This document shows positions 49,512 to 57,810 of a stretch of DNA of 64,000 nt, in pieces. The notes beneath the pieces were generated by a model. That model did not search any database, was not told the origin of the DNA, and worked only from the letters and a program-made list of their open reading frames with translations. Every line of letters begins with the position of its first letter. The first letter of the stretch is position 1. The position numbers were made by a program, and so were the translations under genes. Origin of the DNA: a bacterium (GTDB lineage: Bacteria > Bacteroidota > Ignavibacteria > UBA10030). Location of the stretch: contig JAZDJN010000038.1 of assembly GCA_043803945.1 (NCBI GenBank), forward strand, positions 9,029-73,028, given 5' to 3'.

Positions 49512-50446
49512 CGGGCAGGATCAATCTCTCAGGCAAAGATGTCTGTCGCTTTGAGCATCAAGCAATGGCAACACTCTTTGAAGTGATGATTGCCTGCGAA
49601 GATCCAGTCTATGCTCAGTCTGCGGCGGTTGAAGCGTTCCAGGAAATCGATCGGCTCGAATTGGAATTAAGTCGATACAATCCGAATAGCGATATCTCCC
49701 GGTTGAACAACCTCTCTCCACATTCATCTATTCGCATTGGGTACGATGCCTTTCAATGTTTATTGGAAAGCATCCGGTATGCAGAGCTCACAGGCGGAGC
49801 GTTCGATGTGACAGTGGGGAGATTAATGGATTGCTGGATTGCCAGGGATAAATCGGCACGAAATCCTTCGATCCAGGAAATTGAAGAGGCATTGGCGAGT
49901 TGTGGGAGAACGTTGCTGGAGTTAGATGAAGCTTCGATGATGGTTCGCACTGGTGCAGTCGTTCCATGCATCGACCTTGGTGCCATTGGGAAAGGCTACG
50001 CTGTCGATTGTGTTATAGAGTTGCTGAAAGAATGGGAAATCGGATCGGCACTGGTTCACGGAGGGATGAGTTCGGTTTTTGCATTTGGTGAATATCAGCA
50101 TCAGAATGGCTGGCCCGTCACACTGAGCGATCCGCGCACTCCTGACACGATCCTGCGAACAGTTACTCTGGATGAACGAGCCTTGGGTGGTTCCGGTGTG
50201 AAGAAAGGATTCCATATCATCGATCCACGGTCTGGTCAACCGGTCAGGCATCGCCACGCCGCGTGGGTTGTTGCGGATTCTGCAACTCAAAGTGATGCGT
50301 TATCGACTGCCTGCATGATGATGACGAAAACGGAGATTGAACAACTTGTTCTTCAGCAGCCTCACAATTGGGCAATGATTGTTGATGAACCGTCGAATCA
50401 CCACTCCTATTCTGTCTTTCAATATGGAAGTAGTTTATCGGTTTGA
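49508..50446 (+). CDS. apbE: FAD:protein FMN transferase ApbE (no signal peptide)
   Basis: AMAT, LSRY.PNSDISRLN, TGGAFDVTVG, IDLGAIGKGYAVD, HIIDPRSG, SDALST. Confidence 0.85.
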   Translation: MTGRINLSGKDVCRFEHQAMATLFEVMIACEDPVYAQSAAVEAFQEIDRLELELSRYNPNSDISRLNNLSPHSSIRIGYDAFQCLLESIRYAELTGGAFDVTVGRLMDCWIARDKSARNPSIQEIEEALASCGRTLLELDEASMMVRTGAVVPCIDLGAIGKGYAVDCVIELLKEWEIGSALVHGGMSSVFAFGEYQHQNGWPVTLSDPRTPDTILRTVTLDERALGGSGVKKGFHIIDPRSGQPVRHRHAAWVVADSATQSDALSTACMMMTKTEIEQLVLQQPHNWAMIVDEPSNHHSYSVFQYGSSLSV

Positions 50447-51157
50447 GAAGAGCTTCTTGATCAGGAACAATTCATGGAGAACATCTGTCAAGCTTCGGCG
50501 AAGGCTGATCCGGCTGTCGCGATCACAGCTCCACTCCACAGGGAATTCCTCAATCCGGTAACTAAGCCGTATTGCTCGAAGGACAATTTCTACATCGAAA
50601 AGAAAACCCTCTATTGTGCACTCTCCAAATAACCTCCGTGCTACTTCACCACGATAAATTTTGAATCCGCACTGTGTATCGGTAAGATGGATAGGAACTT
50701 TCAGCCAGCGAATGACGAGGATGTGAAAGAGCCTTGATATCAATTTCCGATCCCAATCCTGTTTTTTGTGAATCACGCTAGCCGGCAGCTTTCTTGAGCC
50801 ATGGGCAATCTCACATCGGTTATCCTCAAGAAGTTGAAGGCCTGCAAGTGCATTGGAATATGGGACCGTCAATCCGCTGTCTGCGAACATCACGAAGTCG
50901 CCATGCGAAGCGATCATTCCAGAGCGAACAGCAAATCCCTTTCCTCGATGTGCTTCGTTTCGGATTACTCGACAGGTACTACCCGCAGGGAGTGCAGCCT
51001 GCCTAGCCTCCAGTGCAGTGTTATCCGAACTTCCGTCATCGACAACGATTACTTCACCAGAGAGTTCGTGACCAGCAAGAAATCCTGCGGCCTCTTGAAC
51101 ATCACGGGCGATTTTTTTTTCCTCATCGAATGCAGGTATGATAATAGAGAGCGTCAT
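50435..51157 (-). CDS. GT2 polyprenyl-phosphate glycosyltransferase (dolichyl-P beta-glucosyltransferase-like)
   Basis: LSIIIPAFDE, VVDDGSSD, GKGFAVRSG, GSR, DTQCGFK, FDVE. Confidence 0.85.
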   Translation of the reverse strand: MTLSIIIPAFDEEKKIARDVQEAAGFLAGHELSGEVIVVDDGSSDNTALEARQAALPAGSTCRVIRNEAHRGKGFAVRSGMIASHGDFVMFADSGLTVPYSNALAGLQLLEDNRCEIAHGSRKLPASVIHKKQDWDRKLISRLFHILVIRWLKVPIHLTDTQCGFKIYRGEVARRLFGECTIEGFLFDVEIVLRAIRLSYRIEEFPVEWSCDRDSRISLRRSLTDVLHELFLIKKLFSNR

Positions 51158-51602
51158 CAGTTGGCAAGGTACTGACGATCCGCAGTCTCTGCAAGTGAAA
51201 AAAGAGGCGGCGGAAAGAATAAATCTGTTCCCTTAACAATTCATCATTATTTACAATCAGACTCCGTCATCAGATGTTTTTCAAAAAAAATACTGTCACA
51301 CCCGAACATTTTTGTTGGGTGTCTTGCATTGAGATTTTCCAATTTAGAGATTCCCTGCCTGCCGAAGTTGCTTCGGCATGGAGACTCACAGGAAAAACCG
51401 AGGAAAACGCGTTGAAGGTATCGCAGCAACTAAACCGGTACATTACTTAATTTGCCAATATGCTCTGGGCATCCTTAGATACGGCTGAAGACTGCGAGGT
51501 GATGGATCTGCAGTTTAAATCGGATCCCCTAGTGGTTCTCTTCCCCGTCGAAAAGGAGTTTGAAAAACGAGGGTTTTAAAGGTAAACTTCAAAAAAAAGT
51601 GC

Positions 51603-51631
51603 TTGACTTGCGGTGCAAAAATAACTAAAAT
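51603..51631 (+). promoter_or_regulatory. Sigma70-type promoter candidate for the HicAB islet
   Basis: TTGACT, 17-bp spacer, TAAAAT. Confidence 0.5.
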
Positions 51632-51737
51632 TTAAACGTGGCTTTAGTTCCTCATTGTGCAACTTATTCATTCCATTAAGCGTTCCATTTTAGAAGGTCA
51701 AGGAACGTCCAAAATATAGATATCCCGGTGATTCAAT

Positions 51738-52145
51738 ATGTTTGTTAGATACGCATTTCTTGCTGACACAGCTACAGCGGACGCTGGTGGCAAATTATAT
51801 GCTATGGGGATTTTTGATAATATACTGACCACCCAATTCCCTGCTCATCATCCCGAATTAACACTCGTAGCCAGAATTGAGGGAACTGTTGCAGAGAAGG
51901 GATCACATAAAATATCTATTGAATTGCGAGATAGCGATTCAAATAGACTTCATTCGTTCGATCAAACATTAGTTTTTAGCGAACGACCAGCAGTCCATGG
52001 GAATTTCTTGGCAGGATTAATTGTGAAATTCCAAACTCTAACTTTCCCACGAGCCGGCCAATATGAGTTCGTTCTTTTTGGGGACGATCGATTTCTAGTG
52101 CGAATTCATTTTACGGTGCAGAAAATTAACATCCAAAATGATTAA
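51738..52145 (+). CDS. Small beta-sandwich hypothetical protein (DUF6941-like)
   Basis: FLAD.A....GKL..MGIFD.I....FPA.H and LTFP.AG.Y pattern; AT-rich. Confidence 0.6.
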   Translation: MFVRYAFLADTATADAGGKLYAMGIFDNILTTQFPAHHPELTLVARIEGTVAEKGSHKISIELRDSDSNRLHSFDQTLVFSERPAVHGNFLAGLIVKFQTLTFPRAGQYEFVLFGDDRFLVRIHFTVQKINIQND

Positions 52146-52147
52146 GT

Positions 52148-52438
52148 ATGAATGGGAGTTCCGCAAAAAAGTTGTTAGAAAGGATGCGAAACTCAAAGTC
52201 TGGGTGGGGTCAAAGTGACTTTCTTCATTTACTTAAAGGATTCGGATTTAAATTTAGAGAAGGTAGTAAGCACACAGTTTATTTTCATCCTACATTTAAC
52301 GATTTGATGATCAGCGTACCTAGGCATAACATTTTAAAGGAATGGGTAGCGCGCGATGCAATAAAACTAATTGATGAATTAATAGAACGATTGGAGAAAG
52401 AAGGGAAGAACAATGGAATCGATGGCAAGAACACTTGA
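52148..52438 (+). CDS. hicA: HicA-family toxin (mRNA interferase)
   Basis: FGF..REGSKH..Y.HP and ISVPRH..LK..V; 96 aa, basic. Confidence 0.75.
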   Translation: MNGSSAKKLLERMRNSKSGWGQSDFLHLLKGFGFKFREGSKHTVYFHPTFNDLMISVPRHNILKEWVARDAIKLIDELIERLEKEGKNNGIDGKNT

Positions 52439-52784
52439 GTACTACAGGCGTCTACCATATAGGATGCAGATAGATCGAGTGCAAGATTCCGATGGAAGTA
52501 AATATTGGACAGCCGAATATATTGAACTCCGTGGTTGTAAGGCAGATGGGCCCACAGAACTCGATGCAATATCAAATCTGCACGAGGTGTTTGATGAGTA
52601 TATTTTAACGCAAATTGAAAACGGTATCAGCACACCTGAACCTGCGCAGGTTCCACTCATTGTTGATTCCATCTGGCTAAAACCGTGGAAAGAAACATCT
52701 TTTCTAATGCCTACACCTCCTGGAGTAGATACCGATAAAACAGGGAGTGAAGCAGCAATTGAGTCTGTTTACGCTCCGTTTTAA
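52413..52784 (+). CDS. hicB: HicB-family antitoxin
   Basis: LEYY..LPY, ELRGC.ADG.T..DAI.NL, IENG...PEP; overlaps hicA. Confidence 0.75.
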   Translation: MESMARTLEYYRRLPYRMQIDRVQDSDGSKYWTAEYIELRGCKADGPTELDAISNLHEVFDEYILTQIENGISTPEPAQVPLIVDSIWLKPWKETSFLMPTPPGVDTDKTGSEAAIESVYAPF

Positions 52785-53091
52785 ATCATAGATGATTAAT
52801 ATGCGAAGCCTATTATCGAATGAAGATAATGGGCATTTCTGTCTCATCCCTTGTCTTTTATCCATCAAGCACAAATCGATAGACCTTCAACGAAGTAATT
52901 TCTCTACAATAAATAATCAGAAATAGTGCCCCCTCTCAAAAAAGGTCCTATAAAGGTCCTTGACTTTCTTGTCCCGAAATAGGCATTAGCACACGGAGCA
53001 AGAGCTTCATCACACCCCCCTGCGATTCTTCCCTACCTGTGCATAAGGGGGAGCCGGAAGGGCTAAAGGAGAAACGAATTGCAGAGGGTTA

Positions 53092-53190
53092 ATGTCGACC
53101 ACAATTTCCACAGCCGAACCAACACAATTTCGAGCGGATGATACCGTCAAGTGGACGAAGTCTCTCTCCGACTATCCTGACTCCGAAGGT
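53092..53190 (+). pseudogene. 5' fragment of a probable phage virion (head-completion-like) gene, truncated at a repeat element
   Basis: MSTTISTAEPTQFRADDTVKWTKSLSDYPDSEG resembles the EP..(I/F).AGD...W...L.DYP N-terminus of genes beside lambda-type portals (recognition from memory). The frame then runs into a palindromic repeat. Confidence 0.45.
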
Positions 53191-53194
53191 TTAT

Positions 53195-53277
53195 CTCGTT
53201 CCCAAGCTCCGCTTGGGAACGTAGGTCTTGAAGCTCTGCTTCCATTTAGGTGTTCCCAAACAGAGTTTGGAAATGAG
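53195..53277. repeat. REP-like composite palindrome, family C
   Basis: CTCGTTCCCAAGCTCCGCTTGGGAACG ... GAAGCTCTGCTTC ... GTTCCCAAACAGAGTTTGGAAATGAG. Confidence 0.7.
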
Positions 53278-53327
53278 GTTTTAACTCAGAACTACCATTT
53301 TCACAAGTGTTGTCTAAAAGAAAAATA

Positions 53328-53450
53328 TGTCTCGCCTGCGAACGCGGGGACGACAAGAATATGTCTCACTCGCGAAAGCGAGTGTCCAGTGCCTTTACGT
53401 GCCCACTGGTCTTTTTTCAAAGCGCTGGGTCCCCGCTTGCGCGGGGACGA
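53328..53450. repeat. REP/REPIN-like element, family A (second copy plus a partial copy)
   Basis: TGTCTCACTCGCGAAAGCGAGTGTCCAGTGCC ... GCGCTGGGTCCCCGCTTGCGCGGGGACGA matches 435-526. Confidence 0.75.
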
Positions 53451-53471
53451 TAAACAGTGTGTCACTCCTTA

Positions 53472-53840
53472 CTACTGCACCGGCTCAGGCACTTTGAGCA
53501 CTTCGTCGATAATCTGCTTTAGGTTGTTCTTCGGCAGGGCTCCAACCGCCATTTGGGGTTGACCCTCTTTCGGTATGAAAAGCAAAGAGGGGATGCTCCG
53601 GATACCAAAGGCCGATGCCAGCTCCTGCTCTTCTTCGGTATTCACTTTATAGAAGTTGACCGATCCGGTATATTCCTTCGAGAGTTCATCAATCACCGGG
53701 CCGACAATCCGGCAGGGGCCGCACCATGGTGCCCAAAAATCGATGACAGCAGGAAGCTCTCCGGCATACTTCCACTCTTTATTTTTCTCATAATCAAAAA
53801 CTTTTTCTTGAAACGCCTGTTTTGTTAAATGTTCTGCCAT
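53472..53840 (-). CDS. trxA: Thioredoxin
   Basis: IDFWAPWCGPCR, FYKVNTEEEQELA..FGIRSIPSLLF. Confidence 0.9.
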   Translation of the reverse strand: MAEHLTKQAFQEKVFDYEKNKEWKYAGELPAVIDFWAPWCGPCRIVGPVIDELSKEYTGSVNFYKVNTEEEQELASAFGIRSIPSLLFIPKEGQPQMAVGALPKNNLKQIIDEVLKVPEPVQ

Positions 53841-54024
53841 ACCAGTTTCCTTTCTTCGTTTTTATTAATATGATGCAGTGCAGGACCGAAAGGATTCACT
53901 CTGCAGGTCAGACTTTGTTGAATCCAATTAGGAATTCCTGCATCATAGCTATGGGAGAGTAGGTGTTCTCTGTTTCGTGGAGAAATGCATTGTTGGAGTA
54001 AGTCCGAATTGAATTGGAGTAGAG

Positions 54025-54669
54025 ATGAATACAATTGCAATAGAGAAACGATATTCTGAACTTGCAGACGAGGAATGCTGCCTCTCCTGTGGCGGGGCGA
54101 TCGATATGAGTCACCCTGGAACGGGAGAGGTCTGTGTTGATCTCGGATGCGGTAAGGGAAGTGACGTCATCCGTTTGCGTAAGGCAGTAGGTGAAGGAGG
54201 GCATGTTTATGGTGTGGATATTGCCGACGGGATGATTGCGAAAGCGAGACAGCAGGTTGAAAAGTTTGGCTATACGAATGTGACACTGATTCACTCTGAA
54301 TTGGAACAGTTGCCGATTGAAAGTGATGCAGCAGATCTTGTCATTTCCAACTGCACCATCAATCATGCACAGAACAAACGCGCGGTCTGGTCGGAGATCT
54401 TCAGGATTCTAAAAATGGGCGGACGAATTGTGGTCAGCGATATTTATTCAATGAAACCGGTGCCGTCGGAGTATGCCAACGATCCGGAAGCGGTTGCAGA
54501 ATGTTGGGCCGGTGCAATCACGAAGGATGAATATTTGAACATTCTCCAGCAAACAGGATTTAAACAGATTAGTATGATAGAAGAGAGCAAGCCATATGAA
54601 AAGGGGAAAATTGCAGTAGCAAGCTTTACTGTATCAGCAAAAAAGTCAACGTGTTGCTGCGGTTCCTGA
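54025..54669 (+). CDS. ArsM-like (arsenite) SAM-dependent methyltransferase
   Basis: VDLGCGKG SAM motif; Cys at ArsM-like positions (CCLSCGG, ISNCTINH, AECWAGA); C-terminal CCCGS. Confidence 0.75.
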   Translation: MNTIAIEKRYSELADEECCLSCGGAIDMSHPGTGEVCVDLGCGKGSDVIRLRKAVGEGGHVYGVDIADGMIAKARQQVEKFGYTNVTLIHSELEQLPIESDAADLVISNCTINHAQNKRAVWSEIFRILKMGGRIVVSDIYSMKPVPSEYANDPEAVAECWAGAITKDEYLNILQQTGFKQISMIEESKPYEKGKIAVASFTVSAKKSTCCCGS

Positions 54670-54700
54670 CCGGAACCGTGCAATCAGAAAGGAGGTCGCA

Positions 54701-54796
54701 ATGAAATCTCTTATTAAGAAGAACACGAACACCTCACCATGCGCGGCACAGTGTTGCGCAAAGAATTCAAAAAACGTAGCTGGCTGTCACGACTAA
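54701..54796 (+). CDS. 31-aa Cys-rich putative RiPP precursor peptide (absent from the ORF track)
   Basis: Strong RBS AAAGGAGGT then ATG 54701: MKSLIKKNTNTSPCAAQCCAKNSKNVAGCHD-stop; ends 48 bp before a radical SAM/SPASM gene. Confidence 0.8.
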   Translation: MKSLIKKNTNTSPCAAQCCAKNSKNVAGCHD

Positions 54797-54844
54797 TAAA
54801 CAATTTCTCACCATCACTATGGCTTTGCTTTCTTTAATATAACA

Positions 54845-56158
54845 ATGGAATTCTCACAACATAATATCTTTTCACGAATCGCGGATTCTGAAAACTATTT
54901 CATTGTCAATCTCCTCTCAGGGAATGCGGATATCCTCGCTCCGGAAAAGGCACAAGAGATCATCGATAAACGATACACCGATATCGAGGAGTACCGTGTA
55001 AAAGGGTATCTCGTTGAACCCGAAGAGGAACAAATGCTTTTCCGTAAGCGGTACGCCGAGTTTCTCGAGGACCGTGAACGGGACGAAATCCAGATTTTTT
55101 TCACTCCCTGGTATGCATGCAATTTTTCTTGCAGCTATTGTTACCAGGAGGGGTATTCCAACGATCACGTCATCCCGGAAAAGGGTGTCATCGATTCATT
55201 CTTCTCCTACATTCAGAAAGAGTTTTCTGGCAGAAAGAAATATCTCACACTCTTTGGCGGTGAACCACTCCTCAATGGTGCACCTTACAAAGAAGTCATT
55301 ACTCATTTCCTGAAGAAGGCACGGGAAGCGGGCCTGGAAACATCCTTCGTGACGAATGGTTTTCACCTGATGGAATACCTCCCGCTCCTCACTGAGTACC
55401 GAATTCGCGAAATCCAGGTAACACTGGACGGAGTCGGCGATCTCCATGACAAACGGCGTCCTTTGAAAGGGGGCGGCTCGACATTCGATCAGATCGCGGC
55501 AGGAATCGATTGGGCTCTCGAACACAAGCTTCCAATCAATCTCCGGGCTGTCGTGGATCGTGGAAACATTCACGAACTGCCCTCCCTTGCACGATATACG
55601 ATTGAGAAGGGCTGGACGAAACATCCAACATTCAAGACCCAGCTTGGCCGGAATTATGAGCTCCATTACTGCCAGGCTGATCACTCTAAAATACTAAGCC
55701 GCGTTGAGCTGTACCAGGAGCTCTATGCTTTGATCAAAGCGTATCCGGAGCTTCTTGAATTTCATAAACCGGCATTTTCGATATCGAAGTTCCTGTTTGA
55801 AAATGGAGAACTTCCCAAACCTCTCTACGATTCATGCCCGGGAACAAAAACAGAATGGGCTTTCGATTACACAGGCCGAATTTATTCCTGCACCGCGACA
55901 GTAGGAAAGGTAAGCAATGCCCTTGGAACGTTTTACCCGGCGGTGAGTAAAAATCAAGAACTCATTGGCTGCTGGGAAGAACGTGATGTAACGAGCATAC
56001 TGCTGTGCAAGACCTGCAACCTCCGGCTTGCATGCGGCGGCGGGTGTGCTTCCGTAGCGTTCAATAAAACAGGAAATCTCCATGAGGCAGACTGCAGGCC
56101 GGTCAGGGAATTGCTTGAGCTTGGCATATCAACATATTTTAAGGATGAACAGGATTAG
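54845..56158 (+). CDS. Radical SAM/SPASM-domain peptide maturase
   Basis: CNFSCSYC, FGGEPLL, VTNG, QVTLDG; SPASM cysteines SCPG...YSC...CKTC.....CGGGC...C; ~80-aa N-terminal extension consistent with an RRE. Confidence 0.88.
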   Translation: MEFSQHNIFSRIADSENYFIVNLLSGNADILAPEKAQEIIDKRYTDIEEYRVKGYLVEPEEEQMLFRKRYAEFLEDRERDEIQIFFTPWYACNFSCSYCYQEGYSNDHVIPEKGVIDSFFSYIQKEFSGRKKYLTLFGGEPLLNGAPYKEVITHFLKKAREAGLETSFVTNGFHLMEYLPLLTEYRIREIQVTLDGVGDLHDKRRPLKGGGSTFDQIAAGIDWALEHKLPINLRAVVDRGNIHELPSLARYTIEKGWTKHPTFKTQLGRNYELHYCQADHSKILSRVELYQELYALIKAYPELLEFHKPAFSISKFLFENGELPKPLYDSCPGTKTEWAFDYTGRIYSCTATVGKVSNALGTFYPAVSKNQELIGCWEERDVTSILLCKTCNLRLACGGGCASVAFNKTGNLHEADCRPVRELLELGISTYFKDEQD

Positions 56159-56161
56159 ATT

Positions 56162-57454
56162 ATGCATCACAACATCAAATACATTAATGCTTCTCAATTC
56201 GATGAGGCCGTACTGCGAGGGGGAAATGTGGTCCTCGATTTCTATTCCACCGAATGCCCTCCCTGCGAAGCACTTGCAGCAAAGTTTGAACCCCTGAGCG
56301 ACATCTATGGCGGCGATGTCACCTTTATAAAAATCTTTCGTCAGGAAAACCGTGAGCTGGCACAATTGCTTGGTGTCTCTTCCTCGCCAACACTGCTCTT
56401 TTATCAAAATGGGAAAATGGTCGGCGACCGCCTCACCGGAGGAATCAGGCGATCGGAGATCGTGAAGAACCTTGAGCCGCTGATACCGGAAGATCGCTCC
56501 AAACAACTCCGCGAAGCAATCAAACCTGTTGAATCGGAATGTGAAGTGCTCGTTCTCGGTGCCGGGCCTGCAGGGCTTGCCGCTGCAATTTATACGGCGC
56601 AAGCGAAGCTGAAAACCATTGTTGTAGACAAAGAGCTGCCGGGCGGGCAGGTGAAAGTGACGCATCTGGTCAGTAACTATCCCGGTTTTTCAGAACCGAT
56701 CTCCGGCTACATGCTGATGCATCACATGGCAGAGCAGGCGAAAGCGGCGGGTGCTGAGTTTCGTACTGCCGTTGATATCACGATGCTCGATTTCCATGGA
56801 AAGAAAATCGTCATTGATGGCAACGAAACTATCCATGCAAAAAAGATCATCATTGCAACTGGGTCGTCGCCACGGCACATCGGCGTGAAGGGTGAAAAGG
56901 AATATAAAGGGCAGGGGATTTCCTATTGCGCAACGTGTGATGCAAAATATTATGAAGGGAAGGATGTTGTCGTGATTGGCGGCGGGAATTCGGCCGTTGA
57001 AGAATCTCTCTTCATTACGAAGTTCGCCAGGAATGTCACCATCGTTCATCAATTCGACAAGTTACAAGCAAATAAACAGGCCCAGGAAAAGGCATTTGCA
57101 AATCCGAAAATCAATTTCCTGTTTGAGTATGAGCCGAGGGAATTCACCAAAGAGGGATCGAGTGTGCGTAAGGTGATTGTTGAAGACCTGAAAACGCACC
57201 AATTGAAAACAATTGATTGCGATGGTGTCTTCATCTTTGCCGGTATGAAACCGAATATCGAGGAGTTCAGCAACTTGTTTGAACTGGATCAGTGGGGGTA
57301 CATCAGAACCGATGCCTCAGCCAGAACAAATATCAAGGATGTCTATGCCGTCGGTGATGTGGTGAGTAAACCATTCCGTCAGATTACAACTGCGGTCTCC
57401 GATGGAACCATCGCTGCAATAGCACTCGCAAAAGAATTGGAAGGTGTATCGTAG
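56162..57454 (+). CDS. trxB: Thioredoxin-domain / thioredoxin reductase fusion
   Basis: N-terminal Trx fold (DFYSTECPPCE), then GAGPAGL, NYPG, IATGS, SYCATCD, GGGNSA, YAVGD; HQFD in place of HRRD. Confidence 0.85.
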   Translation: MHHNIKYINASQFDEAVLRGGNVVLDFYSTECPPCEALAAKFEPLSDIYGGDVTFIKIFRQENRELAQLLGVSSSPTLLFYQNGKMVGDRLTGGIRRSEIVKNLEPLIPEDRSKQLREAIKPVESECEVLVLGAGPAGLAAAIYTAQAKLKTIVVDKELPGGQVKVTHLVSNYPGFSEPISGYMLMHHMAEQAKAAGAEFRTAVDITMLDFHGKKIVIDGNETIHAKKIIIATGSSPRHIGVKGEKEYKGQGISYCATCDAKYYEGKDVVVIGGGNSAVEESLFITKFARNVTIVHQFDKLQANKQAQEKAFANPKINFLFEYEPREFTKEGSSVRKVIVEDLKTHQLKTIDCDGVFIFAGMKPNIEEFSNLFELDQWGYIRTDASARTNIKDVYAVGDVVSKPFRQITTAVSDGTIAAIALAKELEGVS

Positions 57455-57459
57455 AATGC

Positions 57460-57648
57460 ATTGTTTCGACGCTCCTGCGTCGAAACAATATAGGGCTGTA
57501 ATTCCTGATAACAGATCCCAAATAGAAGCACTTTGGGAACACTCTCCTTTGCTTATCGTTATCAATCCATTAGTGTTCCCCGAATGCCGTTATCGGGGAT
57601 CTACCATGCGTTGGAGATACCCTGTTTCGACACCCCTGTGTCGAAACA
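57460..57648. repeat. BIME-like mosaic: two TGTTTCGAC..GTCGAAACA hairpins enclosing a pair of family B palindromes
   Basis: 57460-57489 ATTGTTTCGACGC-tcct-GCGTCGAAACAAT; family B units at 57513-57543 and 57572-57604; 57623-57648 TGTTTCGACAC-ccct-GTGTCGAAACA. Confidence 0.75.
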
Positions 57649-57810
57649 ATCAATGTTCTCATCTTTTCTTCAATCCATTCTTTCGTATTTCCTGGAACTC
57701 TTTCCTGCCAAATTTCACAAAATCAAAAATGCAAATCCTCTTTCCTCATCAATAGCAAAATAATCTATAGTTATGAATGGCATATTATTTGATAGTATTA
57801 ACTCTTAATT

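Noticed and set aside
53092-53562. 156-aa ORF as an intact gene
   Set aside because: After codon 33 it reads through two palindromic repeat families and into the antisense strand of trxA.
54660-54678. Selenocysteine read-through of the methyltransferase TGA (hairpin CGGTTCC-tgacc-GGAACCG)
   Set aside because: The TGA lies in the hairpin loop rather than upstream of a SECIS-like stem. Read-through adds only a short unremarkable tail overlapping the peptide RBS.
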